Shown here one piece after another: positions 1-11,327 of a stretch of DNA of 64,000 nucleotides (position 1 is its first letter; every line of letters begins with the position of its first letter). Position numbers and translations under genes: made by a program. Source of the stretch: Acidimicrobiales bacterium (lineage in GTDB: Bacteria; Actinomycetota; Acidimicrobiia; Acidimicrobiales; SZUA-35); the NCBI GenBank assembly GCA_037969565.1, contig JBBKXQ010000015.1, positions 40,088 through 104,087 of the forward strand, read 5' to 3'. The notes under the pieces were generated by a model. The model had not been told where the DNA came from. It did not search any database and worked only from the letters and a program-made list of their open reading frames with translations.

Positions 1-1332
1 CTCGATCTGCCCCGCCTTGACATATGCAAGCAGATCATCGATGAGGCCGTACATCCGCTTCGAGTTCTCGTTGATCCGATCGAGGTACTCCCGACCCGAC
101 TCGCTCAGGGCATGGCGTTGATCCGCAGCCAAGAGTTGGCCGTAGCTCGAGATGGCACGCAGCGGCGTCTTGAGATCGTGGGAGGACACGTAGAGGAATT
201 GCTGAAGTTGATCGTTCTTTCCCTCGAGTTCCTGGAGCGCGGCATCGTGCTGGTCGGCCATGCGGTTGAGCGCGATTGCGAGCTCTCCGATTTCGTCGCC
301 CGTGTCGAGCCGGGCCCGTTGCGAGCCACCGGTTGACATCTGCCCCGCCACGGCGATCAAGCGACGGATGGGGTCGGTGAGTCGCACCGACAGGACGTGG
401 GCGAGCGCTACCGACGCCAACCCGGCCATCACCAAACCGAAGACCAATAGATTCCGGAAGTTGGCGATCGGGGCCAGGGCTTCGGCCTTGTCCACCTTCA
501 CGACCAGTCCCCACCCAGTGCTGTCGATCGTGCGGATGGCGGCGAACACGTCTTCGCCCCGATAATCAACCGCTTCGATCACCTCGCCGCTGGCCTCGCC
601 CATCGCCAACTCCATCGGGGAATTCTCGGGTGCGGCGTTGTTGAATCGATCAGGTTCGGCGAGCGGCGTGACCAGTTGGGGCCGGTTGCGATCCCGTCGA
701 ACGAGGTAGGACTCCTCGGAGTCGCCGAGTCCGATCGGATCATCGAGTGAGGTGAGCAAGGGATCGAGATCCGCCTCGATCACCACGACCCCGAGCGTCA
801 AACCCGAGGAGGCGATGGGTCCGGCGTGGACTCCCACATCGAGGCCGGCGGCGTTGGTGGCGATCGAGCCGAGCGTCGGCGAGATCTGAGCATCGGCGAA
901 GTACGAGGGACCAGATAGATCGTCATCGAGACGGCTCGGATCGGTCGAGGCCCGGACGATGCCGTCCAGATCGGCAACGTGGACCTCGAGGATTGCACCC
1001 TTGGCCGAATCTCGGGCATCGCTGAGTATTTGGTTCATCAGCGCCTGGTCGGTCGGGATCGATTCGGCGATGAAACTGCCAAGGAGCTGCCCCAGCCGGG
1101 TCCGGCTCGCGACCAGTTCGAGATTGATCTCGCTGAAGAAGAGATAACTTTCAACCCGGGCTGCTTGGACGGTCGCAATCGCGTCGAGTTGCTCACGAGC
1201 GCTTTCACGCAGAGCCCGCTGCTCCTGGTTGTATGTGACGAGGCCGACGAGTGCGAGTGGCAGGAGCGCGGCGATGAGAATGACCCCCGTCAGCTTCTTC
1301 TCGATCGAGCGCCGGCGACCAGGGCCGGACAT
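1..1332 (-). CDS. Sensor histidine kinase, N-terminal part only (extracytoplasmic sensor region, 2 TM, HAMP, HisKA); the ATPase domain lies beyond the window start
   Basis: Absent from the ORF track because it runs off the edge. My own minus-strand translation from the ATG at 1332 gives MSGPGRRRSIEKKLTGVILIAALLPLALVGLV. It also shows a second TM (LLVFGLVMAGLASVALAHVL), a HAMP-like segment (DEIGELAIALNRMADQ) and the H-box FLYVSSHDLKTPLRAISSYGQLL. The start lies 1 nt after the stop of the upstream receiver gene. Confidence 0.85.
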   Translation of the reverse strand, partial: MSGPGRRRSIEKKLTGVILIAALLPLALVGLVTYNQEQRALRESAREQLDAIATVQAARVESYLFFSEINLELVASRTRLGQLLGSFIAESIPTDQALMNQILSDARDSAKGAILEVHVADLDGIVRASTDPSRLDDDLSGPSYFADAQISPTLGSIATNAAGLDVGVHAGPIASSGLTLGVVVIEADLDPLLTSLDDPIGLGDSEESYLVRRDRNRPQLVTPLAEPDRFNNAAPENSPMELAMGEASGEVIEAVDYRGEDVFAAIRTIDSTGWGLVVKVDKAEALAPIANFRNLLVFGLVMAGLASVALAHVLSVRLTDPIRRLIAVAGQMSTGGSQRARLDTGDEIGELAIALNRMADQHDAALQELEGKNDQLQQFLYVSSHDLKTPLRAISSYGQLLAADQRHALSESGREYLDRINENSKRMYGLIDDLLAYVKAGQIE

Positions 1333-1333
1333 C

Positions 1334-2275
1334 TCAGACCCGAGTGGATGAGGTGACTGCCTGCTCGACGATGATGCCCTCCAACACCTCTTGGAATCGG
1401 AGGAAGTCGGGGTCCTTCACGACGTAGGCGTGAGCGCCCAACTCGTGGGACCGCTGTCGGTCTTCATCGAGATCGGAGGTGGTGAGGATGACGACGGGAA
1501 CGGTGTCGAGATCGAGCGCACCGCCGAGACGCTCCAGCAGCTCGAGCCCGTCCATCTCCGGCATGCGTAGGTCGAGCAGGACGAGATCGGCCGGGTGAGG
1601 ATCCGAACCGGTGAGAAGCTCGAGCGCCTCGGAGGCACGGGTGCAGACCCGGAGATTGACGTCGAGATCACTCCGCTCGAGCGCGATCGCCGTGAGCTGG
1701 GCGTCGGTGGCCGTGTCCTCGATGAGGACGACCTCGACCGGACGGTCGAAACGTTCTGCTTCAGGCGGGAGATCGTGATGCTCGATCGACAGTGGCGCGG
1801 CGACCACTTCGGCGAGATCCTCACTGGCCGCAGACGCGATGTGCCGAATGGGAAGATCGAACTTGCGCTGCAGCCGGTGGGGCAGATCCATACGAAGCCA
1901 GCGCGAGGTGCCGGTGGGCAGGGTCGAGAGGATGATCTCGTCGATCACGTTGGGCCTCCGCAAGACCCGGGCGATCGCAGTGAAGGGGTCGGCCGGCCCG
2001 GTTTCCCCCGTCGCCTCGGCCCCTTGGTCGGCGAGCAACTTCAGTGCGGCCTGGAGGCGATGTCGGGCGAGATCCTGGGCCCGGTGATCGATGATCGGAT
2101 GGCCCTGGGCGTCGACCTCCCCGCCCTTCTTGATCGAAAGATCGACGCGAGTTGCGGGCACGAGCACGTGGAATTGCGTGGAGCCGCGGGGAGTGTTCAG
2201 CTGCTCGAGTTCGAGGAGAAGTTCACGCCCCCCGAGGGTCTCGTTGGCGACGACCAGGACATTTCGGGTCGACAT
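1334..2275 (-). CDS. Hybrid protein: N-terminal USP-like (adenine-nucleotide alpha-hydrolase-like) domain plus C-terminal CheY-like receiver domain
   Basis: 313-aa ORF with an ATG start and the RBS GGAGGGAGGGG. The N-terminus has VLVVANETLGG...FHVLVPAT...DEIILSTLPTGTSRWLRMDLPHRL. The C-terminus has VVLIEDTATD...LVLLDLRMPEMDG...VVILTTS...AYVVKD, the receiver D-D-T-K pattern. Confidence 0.8.
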   Translation of the reverse strand: MSTRNVLVVANETLGGRELLLELEQLNTPRGSTQFHVLVPATRVDLSIKKGGEVDAQGHPIIDHRAQDLARHRLQAALKLLADQGAEATGETGPADPFTAIARVLRRPNVIDEIILSTLPTGTSRWLRMDLPHRLQRKFDLPIRHIASAASEDLAEVVAAPLSIEHHDLPPEAERFDRPVEVVLIEDTATDAQLTAIALERSDLDVNLRVCTRASEALELLTGSDPHPADLVLLDLRMPEMDGLELLERLGGALDLDTVPVVILTTSDLDEDRQRSHELGAHAYVVKDPDFLRFQEVLEGIIVEQAVTSSTRV

Positions 2276-2480
2276 TCGTCCCCTCCCTCCGTCCCTACTC
2301 CAGTGAGCTGGAACGGCATCAACGGTAAGACAACACTGACGCTCCGTAAAGGAAATTCCGTGTGCCTCATCTCACATACCAAGTGCGGATCACTTGCAGA
2401 CTGACTGCAGACGGGCCGTCCTACGTTCAGTCGGGTTACCCGGGCCATCCGGGCACCACGACACGGAGGGACCAGCAAAC

Positions 2481-2975
2481 ATGTTCACACTACGAAGGAC
2501 GCGACTCGTCGTTGCTGCGGTGACGGCAGTTCTTTTCATCGGCCCGGCGGGAATCGCGAGTGCTGGCGGGGCAACGCAAATATCGGGAACGACCGGCGAC
2601 TTCGGCTGCGACGCGCCACCCGCTGGTTTCGCCAGTGTCGACTACTTCATCCCCATTGTCGGTGACTTGCAGGGCTGCATATATGGACATGTCACCCGTT
2701 CGCGCGAGCACCCGAGTGGGACGTATCAGGAGGTTGCGGACGAGGTCTTCGTCGGGAGCTGGGGCGACCGGGAAGGCTCCTTCGAGATGACGGAAGTCTT
2801 CACGGCCAAGTTCGGGGCTGACACCTTGACCGGGGGCTTCTTCGGACGCTGCAAGCACCCCATCGTGGCAGGCAGCGGGACCGGCGACTTCGAAGGCGTC
2901 ACGGGCCGACTCGATTTCAAGGACGACGTCGACGCCGGCACGGCGGACTACCAAGGGCACCTTCGATTCGGCTGA
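2481..2975 (+). CDS. Secreted hypothetical protein
   Basis: Internal ATG of track ORF 2394..2975. Signal peptide MFTLRRTRLVVAAVTAVLFIGPAGIASAGG. I recognise no family. Confidence 0.6.
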   Translation: MFTLRRTRLVVAAVTAVLFIGPAGIASAGGATQISGTTGDFGCDAPPAGFASVDYFIPIVGDLQGCIYGHVTRSREHPSGTYQEVADEVFVGSWGDREGSFEMTEVFTAKFGADTLTGGFFGRCKHPIVAGSGTGDFEGVTGRLDFKDDVDAGTADYQGHLRFG

Positions 2976-3088
2976 ACCTTCCAGTCGAGTGCATGACGCT
3001 CATCACTGGCGCCCCTCCGTGGCCGAGCCTATTGCGGCAGAGCGGTTCGACCTGCAACCATGGAGGCCACAGGTCGAAGGGGGGCGCT

Positions 3089-3901
3089 GTGAAGATTCGT
3101 GTTCTCGGCCCACTCGAGGTGGAGGTCGATGACACGCGAGTCGCGGTCGGAGGACCTCGTATTCGTAGACTGCTCACCGTTCTGACGCTGGCCAGCGGGT
3201 CGGTGCGCTCGGTCGATGTCCTGACCGAATCCGTCTGGTCCGGTGAAACGCCACCGCCACAAGCGCGCCGGACGCTCATGTCTTACGTTTCCCGTCTCCG
3301 GGGCATCCTTCCCCGGGCCATGATCGAACAGGTGGGTTCGGGCTATCGCTTGTGTCCCGACGACATCTGGATCGACTGCGATGCCTTCGCCTCCGACGTC
3401 GTCCGCAGTAGACGCTCCCTCCGAGAAGGCGACCCCGCTGGTTCAGTCGCTGGGCTGGACGATGCACTCGCGTTATGGAGAGGAGAACCGCTGGCAGAGT
3501 TCAGGGGTGACCACTGGGCTGACCCCGAACGTCTGCGGCTGGGCGAACTTCGGATGGTGGCAATGGAGGGACGATTCGAGGCCAAGTTGATCTTGGGTCA
3601 CGTTGCCGAAGTGTTCGCCGACGTCGAACGCCAAGCGACGACACAACCAGATCGCCATCACTTGCAGTATCTGTACATCCTGGCGCTCTATCAATCGGGC
3701 CGACAGGTCGAAGCGCTCCGACGGTTCCAGGCAATTCGGCAGCAGCTCGTGGAGCTCGGGCTACGACCGTCGCTCGAGCTGCGCGGCCTCGAGTACCAAA
3801 TCCTCACGCAGGACGAGAGGCTGCTCGCAGTGCCAGCCCCATGGGCGGCCGAACCGTTCACGCGAGCATCTCCGACGGTGCCTGGGCACAACTCGAATTG
3901 A
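3089..3901 (+). CDS. SARP/AfsR-DnrI family transcriptional regulator (winged-helix plus BTAD)
   Basis: GTG at 3089 preceded by GAAGGGGGG. VKIRVLGPLEVEVDD...GGPRIRRLLTVL is the OmpR-type N-terminus. ALALWRGEPLAEF...LRLGELRMVAMEGRFEAKL...ILALYQSGRQVEALRRFQAIRQQLVELG is a typical BTAD. Confidence 0.8.
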   Translation: MKIRVLGPLEVEVDDTRVAVGGPRIRRLLTVLTLASGSVRSVDVLTESVWSGETPPPQARRTLMSYVSRLRGILPRAMIEQVGSGYRLCPDDIWIDCDAFASDVVRSRRSLREGDPAGSVAGLDDALALWRGEPLAEFRGDHWADPERLRLGELRMVAMEGRFEAKLILGHVAEVFADVERQATTQPDRHHLQYLYILALYQSGRQVEALRRFQAIRQQLVELGLRPSLELRGLEYQILTQDERLLAVPAPWAAEPFTRASPTVPGHNSN

Positions 3902-6206
<2,305 letters not shown>

Positions 6207-6210
<4 letters not shown>

Positions 6211-7559
6211 GTGAGTACGCAATGAAACTTCCCGACGTTGGCGAGGGTGTGGCCGAAGCCGAGATCGTTGAATGGCATGTTGCTGTCGGGGATCACGTGA
6301 CCGAGGACGATCTGATCGCCGACGTGATGAGCGACAAGGCAACCGTCGAGCTGCCTTCGCCAGTGAGCGGCGTGGTCCGTTGGATCGCGGGTGAAGTCGG
6401 CGACATCCTGGCCGTGGGCAGCCCGCTCATCCGAATCGACGTCGGCGCAGCCAGTCCGCCGGAAGAAGACAACGGTGACGACGGCGGCAGCGAGCCCTCC
6501 GAAGGGGGCAGCAGCGAGCCAACCGCCAGCACCGAACCGTCCACCAGCACCGAACCGTCCGCCGACACCGAACCGTCCGCCGACACCGAGGCGTCGGACA
6601 ACGAGGCCACTCGGAGGCCGTCCCTTCCCCCGCCCTCGCATCGAGCTGGTCAGCACCTCGCGGCTCCTGCGGTTCGGTCCCGAGCCAGTCGTCTCGGTAT
6701 CGAGCTCGACAGCCTCAGCGGCAGCGGAGCGGACGGTCGCGTGATGCATGCCGATCTCGACGAGGTGCTCCGGGCCGCGTCCGACACCCACCCGAGGCCC
6801 AGCACCAGTGACGTCCCGCTCGATGGCGGACAGCCACACGAATCCGGCAGGTCTGACGAGATCGACGACATCCGGATCACGGGGCTCCGTCGCAACATTG
6901 CAGAACGCATCACGGCCTCGGCTCGCAGGATCCCGCACTTCACCTATGTCGATGAGATCGATGTCACCGAACTCGAGCATCTACGCCGCGAGCTCAACGC
7001 CGACCAGAGCCACGAACGCACGAAGCTCTCGTTGTTGCCGTTCCTCATGCGGGCTGTGGTGCTCGCCGTGCGCACTCACCCCGAGATGAATGCTCGCTTC
7101 GACGACGAGGCCAGCGTGGTTCATCGGTATGGGGCTGTGCATCTCGGAATTGCCGTTCAAACCGATCGGGGGCTGATGGTCTCGGTGGTGAAGCACGCCG
7201 CCTCGCTCGGATTGTGGGAGAGCGCAGAGGAAGTCGCCCGGCTGGCGGAAGCGGCCCGCACGGCGAAGATCACGCTCGACGAACTCAATGGGTCCACGAT
7301 CACGATCTCGAGCCTTGGCGCGTTGGGTGGTGTCGTGTCGACGCCGGTGATCAACGCCCCGGAGGTTGCGATCATCGGAGTCAACAAGATCGCCGATCGG
7401 CCCGTCTACGTCGGCGACACGGTGACCCGACGCAAGATCATGAATCTGTCGTCGTCCTTCGACCACCGGGTGATCGACGGTGCCGACGCCGCCGAGTTCA
7501 TCCAGACGATCAAGCGGCTACTCGAAACACCAGCCACATTGTTCATTCCGGGAGGCTGA
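6207..7559 (+). CDS. bkdC: Dihydrolipoamide acyltransferase E2 (single lipoyl domain, PSBD, catalytic domain)
   Basis: ATGA overlap with E1 beta. Lipoyl-lysine motif DVMSDKATVELPSP, PSBD segment AAPAVRSRASRLGIELDSLSGSGADGRV, catalytic motif SSSFDHRVIDGADAAEF. Confidence 0.9.
6531..6596 (+). repeat. 18-bp in-frame tandem repeat (about 3.7 copies) encoding the TEPS(T/A)(S/D) linker of E2
   Basis: accgaaccgtcc NNNNNN is repeated, giving the peptide STEPSTSTEPSADTEPSADTEAS. Confidence 0.9.
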
Positions 7560-7585
7560 CGAAGCGGACAGCCAATCCGGGCTGG

Positions 7586-7969
7586 TCAGGAAGTTCGGTA
7601 ATTTCGAAACTCGACGAGCAGATCATCGGGATCGCGCACGTAGATCGACTGCCCCATGCCACGGGCCCCCGACCGCTCGCCTTTGTCGACCACGACGAGA
7701 TCGGGGTCGCTGGCCAGCGAGGCGAGATCGTCGGCGCCGACGACGAAACAGATGTGGTCCAGGTGACCTCGCTCGTCGGAGGGGTCGCCTGCGATGAAGT
7801 CGATGATGGTGGCTTCGTTCACCCGCAATGAAGGGAAGAAGGCGCGGCCAGCTCTCCACTCTTCGATGTTGACCGGGGCGAGACCGGCATGCCGCGAGTA
7901 CCAGGCGAGCGAACGTTCGAGGTCGGCTACGACGAGAACGATGTGATCGAGCGCGAAAGCAGTGGCCAT
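7586..7969 (-). CDS. VOC/glyoxalase-bleomycin-resistance family protein
   Basis: Internal ATG (residue 104) of track ORF 7586..8278. MATAFALDHIVLVVADLERSLAWY...HLDHICFVV...IYVRDPDDLLVEF. The upstream 103 aa are Arg-rich junk. Confidence 0.8.
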   Translation of the reverse strand: MATAFALDHIVLVVADLERSLAWYSRHAGLAPVNIEEWRAGRAFFPSLRVNEATIIDFIAGDPSDERGHLDHICFVVGADDLASLASDPDLVVVDKGERSGARGMGQSIYVRDPDDLLVEFRNYRTS

Positions 7970-8013
7970 CGTGTCAAGGTAATCGTCCAACGAGAAGGGG
8001 TCGAGGGACGATT

Positions 8014-8475
8014 TCAGGACGGGCCTGGCGGTCTCACGGCCACGGGAACGAAGCTGAATTTGCCGTCGTCCTCCAGGACACCGAGGCGGACCTCCTCGAG
8101 ATATCCGAAGCCTTGTTCTCGAGCGGCACCGAGAAGGTCGTCGAGCGTGAGGCGCTCGTTGCGCAGACGATCGAGGTCGGGCCGTCCGTCGCGAATCACG
8201 ATGACCGCATGTCCGTCGAGAATTCTCTCGGCCCCCTTCGATCGTCTCGCCAAGAAGTCGCCGATCAGCATCCAACACACGAAGGTCGAGACGGCGATGA
8301 CGGCGCCGGTCACCGACATGTCTTCTTGGGTCACGCCCTGCTGCACGAAGTCGCCGAGAATGACCACGACGACCAGTTCCAGCGGGGAGATCTCGGCCAG
8401 TGAACGTTTCCCAGTGCCCCGGGTAACGAGCCAGAGAAACCAGTAGATGACGCTGGCTCGAATCACGAGTTCCAT
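8014..8475 (-). CDS. DUF421 (YetF-like) membrane protein
   Basis: MELVIRASVIYWFLWLVTRGTGKRSLAEISPLELVVVVILGD...VIRDGRPDLDRLRNERLTLDDLLGAAREQG. Confidence 0.75.
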   Translation of the reverse strand: MELVIRASVIYWFLWLVTRGTGKRSLAEISPLELVVVVILGDFVQQGVTQEDMSVTGAVIAVSTFVCWMLIGDFLARRSKGAERILDGHAVIVIRDGRPDLDRLRNERLTLDDLLGAAREQGFGYLEEVRLGVLEDDGKFSFVPVAVRPPGPS

Positions 8476-8518
8476 GACACCCTCCCTTCCATCGTTGGAG
8501 TTCGCACTTGCGGCCGCA

Positions 8519-9073
8519 TCACGGAAACACTCGCGTGTGAAACGAAACGCTCACCGGTTCGGTCGACTCGGAGCTGACCGTGACCGTTGCGTCCTTTCCG
8601 GAATGGATGTTCGGTTGGAGCCGAGCGTCGTAGTCAATCGACCAAACCGGGGCCCCGTCGGGCTTGAACGTCCAACGCTCGATGACACCATCGGAGGCAG
8701 TGCTGTCCGGAGTGGGGTCGAGTCCGTTCTCGTCGAAGATCGCCAAGTAGTCGGTCGGCACCTCGACGGTGAGTTCAGCCGGCAGCGGATCCCCGCTGAC
8801 CGATTCGATCGTGATTCGGAATGGTGTGGCGATTCCCGGCCTGGTGGTCGCGGCGTAGAACACGGTGACCCGAAGCACGTCGTTGCTCTCGGTCGCCGAT
8901 TTCGTCGTCAGCCCTCCGAACCCGAGGAGTGCCGCGGCCACAACGCCGAAGATTGCAAGAAAGGCGAAACTGCGAAGGGCGCGATCGAACCAATCCCATG
9001 CACTGGAGTAGGCAGCCGGTTCGGTCGACAACCCGTCGATCGCGTTGGGTACTTCGCCGAACTTCGTCACCAC
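8519..9073 (-). CDS. Hypothetical single-pass membrane/exported protein
   Basis: GTG at 9073 preceded by GAGGAG. TM segment FAFLAIFGVVAAALLGFGGL followed by a beta-rich ectodomain. I recognise no family. Confidence 0.55.
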   Translation of the reverse strand: MVTKFGEVPNAIDGLSTEPAAYSSAWDWFDRALRSFAFLAIFGVVAAALLGFGGLTTKSATESNDVLRVTVFYAATTRPGIATPFRITIESVSGDPLPAELTVEVPTDYLAIFDENGLDPTPDSTASDGVIERWTFKPDGAPVWSIDYDARLQPNIHSGKDATVTVSSESTEPVSVSFHTRVFP

Positions 9074-9088
9074 GGTCTCCTCATTTAT

Positions 9089-9125
9089 TGAATGAGATTG
9101 GATGAATGAGATTGAATGAGTGAGG
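9089..9125. promoter_or_regulatory. AT-rich direct repeats (12 bp x2 plus a partial third) abutting the RBS of the 8519..9073 gene
   Basis: tgaatgagattg ga tgaatgagattg aatgagtgagg. Locally AT-rich in a GC-rich genome. On the mRNA strand it reads CAATCTCATTCA x2 followed by AATAAATGAGGAGACCGTG. Confidence 0.4.
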
Positions 9126-9254
9126 GGTAGTACCCAGCTGACGGGCGAAGATTCAGCCACGCCGGGATTTCCGTGGGACGGAGCTGATGGGCACAATTGC
9201 GGTGATGTCGGGGGCAGATTGCGTCTCGATGCCGCTACTATTTCGCCCTCACCT

Positions 9255-9328
9255 GCGGGTGTAGCTCAATGGTAGAGCCACAGGTTTCCAACCTGTTGAC
9301 CGGGGTTCGATTCCCCGTACCCGCTCCA
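9255..9328 (+). tRNA. tRNA-Gly (anticodon TCC), CCA encoded
   Basis: Cloverleaf read by hand: acceptor GCGGGTG/TACCCGC, D-arm GCTC..GAGC, anticodon loop TTTCCAA, T-arm GGGGTTCGATTCCCC. Confidence 0.9.
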
Positions 9329-9388
9329 GATCGCCACCAAGCCGAGTAACGGCCGCGATGCAAACGGTCGACCTCTAGCCTTGGCTCG

Positions 9389-9766
9389 ATGGACACGTTT
9401 GAACGCCCCACCATCGAAATCCCCAGCGGCGAAGCCCCGACCGATCTCGTCGTCGAAGATCTCGTGGTCGGCGACGGCGCAGAAGCAGCAGCTGGCATGC
9501 AGGTCAGCGTCGACTACGTCGGAGCCTCATGGTCGACCGGCAAGGAATTCGATGCCTCCTGGAACCGTGGTGAGCATTTCTCCTTCGGCCTCGGAGCTCA
9601 GCAGGTCATCGGCGGTTGGGACCAAGGCGTGCAGGGAATGAACGTCGGCGGGCGCCGTCGGCTCACGATCCCACCCCACCTCGGCTACGGCGCCAGAGGA
9701 GCGGGCGGAGCCATCGGTCCCAACGAAACGCTCGTCTTCGTCGTGGATCTCCGCAACATCGGTTGA
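9389..9766 (+). CDS. FKBP-type peptidyl-prolyl cis-trans isomerase
   Basis: VDYVGASWSTGKEFDASWNRGEHFSFGLGAQQVIGGWDQGVQGMNVGGRRRLTIPPHLGYGARGAGGAIGPNETLVFVVDL. Confidence 0.9.
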   Translation: MDTFERPTIEIPSGEAPTDLVVEDLVVGDGAEAAAGMQVSVDYVGASWSTGKEFDASWNRGEHFSFGLGAQQVIGGWDQGVQGMNVGGRRRLTIPPHLGYGARGAGGAIGPNETLVFVVDLRNIG

Positions 9767-9842
9767 CCCCGACCTCAGCGCGTGACGGCCGACCGTTTCG
9801 CCGGGTGCCAGCGCCTCGAGCGACGACCCCTAGCCTTCCAGC

Positions 9843-11060
9843 ATGGAACATGCCGATCTCGTGGTCATTGGTGCGGGCCCTGCGGGGGCTGCCGCCGCAA
9901 TCCAGGCGGCCCGCCAAGGAGCGAAGGTCGTCGTCTTCGACAAGGCGCCCTATGGCCGCGACAAGGTGTGCGGTGATGGACTCACCCCCCGTGCGGTCGG
10001 CGCGCTCAACGACCTGAAAATCGATCTATCCGATGCTCACCTCATCGACGGGCTCCGGATGATTGCCAACAAGACCGAGCGCGAACTGTTGTGGCCAACG
10101 ACGAATCGCTTCCCCAATCATGGTGCTGTCTGGCCCCGCCGTCGGCTCGATGCAGCCCTCATCGATGCTGCCGTCGAGGCTGGAGCCGAGGTTCGATGGG
10201 AAACCGAGGCCCTTCCCCTCATGGATGGCAGCTCGGTGATCGGGGTCGAGGCCGCCGGTTCGAAGATGTCGGCCGACCTGACGGTGGTCGCCACTGGTGC
10301 GCCCGGGGCGGTGGCCCGGATGCTGGGCGCCGAGCGGGTTGCCGACGAGCCCTTCGGCCTCGCGATTCGAACCTACGCCGAATCGCCCCGACACGCTGAT
10401 CGACACCTCGAAGCGTGCCTGACCCTTCGAGACGAACAAGGCACACCCGTGCCTGGGTACGGCTGGATGTTTCCCGCTGGTGATGGCACGGTGAACATCG
10501 GTGTGGGTGCGTTGTCGACCATGAAGGGTTTCAAGAAGCTCAACCTCAACAAGCTTCTCGGCGCCTACCGCTCGATCGTCAACGAGCCGTGGGGTCTCGG
10601 ACCCGACCTCGAGCGTCCACGCGCCTGGCGATTGCCCATGAGTACTCAACGCCGGCACGGTGAGGGATGGGTGGCGATCGGAGATGCGGCCGGCCTGGTC
10701 AATCCGATGAACGGCGAAGGAATCGACTACGGACTCGAGTCGGGCATGCTCGCGGCCGACCTCTTCATCGAAGATCCGGCCACGGCGGCAACCCGCTATG
10801 ACCATCTGGTCGGAGAGCGGTTCGACAGCTTCCTGCGAACCGGGCGTCGGTTCTCGTTCCTGATCGGACACCCATGGATCTTGCGCTCCGGGCTTCGGCT
10901 GGCGGTTGGCACCGATTCCATCGCACAGATCACGCTGCAGGTCATGGGCAACCTCGTCGACTCCGAGACTCCGGGCGCCTCGGGTCGCGTCCTCACGTTG
11001 GCCGACAAAGCGCTGGGGCTGGCCGATCCTCTGCTCCGACGCACCCGAGCCACGGCCTGA
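9843..11060 (+). CDS. Geranylgeranyl reductase family FAD-dependent oxidoreductase
   Basis: DLVVIGAGPAGAAAA...FDKAPYGRDKVCGDGLTPRAV...IGDAAGLVNPMNGEGIDYGLESG. Confidence 0.8.
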   Translation: MEHADLVVIGAGPAGAAAAIQAARQGAKVVVFDKAPYGRDKVCGDGLTPRAVGALNDLKIDLSDAHLIDGLRMIANKTERELLWPTTNRFPNHGAVWPRRRLDAALIDAAVEAGAEVRWETEALPLMDGSSVIGVEAAGSKMSADLTVVATGAPGAVARMLGAERVADEPFGLAIRTYAESPRHADRHLEACLTLRDEQGTPVPGYGWMFPAGDGTVNIGVGALSTMKGFKKLNLNKLLGAYRSIVNEPWGLGPDLERPRAWRLPMSTQRRHGEGWVAIGDAAGLVNPMNGEGIDYGLESGMLAADLFIEDPATAATRYDHLVGERFDSFLRTGRRFSFLIGHPWILRSGLRLAVGTDSIAQITLQVMGNLVDSETPGASGRVLTLADKALGLADPLLRRTRATA

Positions 11061-11100
11061 CCGATCAGCCGCTCACCCAACACTGCTCGACGGACGCGGC

Positions 11101-11140
11101 GAGTCGGGTGACGGGGTCCCTCGGCCGCCTCACCCGACTC
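11101..11140 (+). terminator. Hairpin downstream of the reductase gene
   Basis: gagtcgggtga / tcacccgactc, an 11-bp stem with an 18-nt loop. Confidence 0.4.
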
Positions 11141-11293
11141 AACGTCACTCCGTAGAGCTTCGCAACTTCCCTCCAGTAGCTGCGATCAGGTCGTTTTGCC
11201 ATCTCCGGGTTGCCCCCGAGCTACCGCTGCGTCCTGGTGGAAGCAGCATGTACCTGCTCGCAGCCAAGTTCTGTAACCCAGATCACACAGGGC

Positions 11294-11311
11294 CCGTGAC
11301 ATGCGTCACGG
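11294..11311 (-). terminator. Short hairpin just 3' of the MBL-fold gene
   Basis: ccgtgac atgc gtcacgg, a 7-bp stem. Confidence 0.35.
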
Positions 11312-11327
11312 CTCCACCCCCAGCAGG

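Noticed and set aside
2276-2480. ctgcag-actga-ctgcag element upstream of the secreted-protein gene, as a possible operator or hairpin.
   Set aside because: It is a direct repeat of a PstI hexamer with only 4 bp of real complementarity, which is too weak to call.
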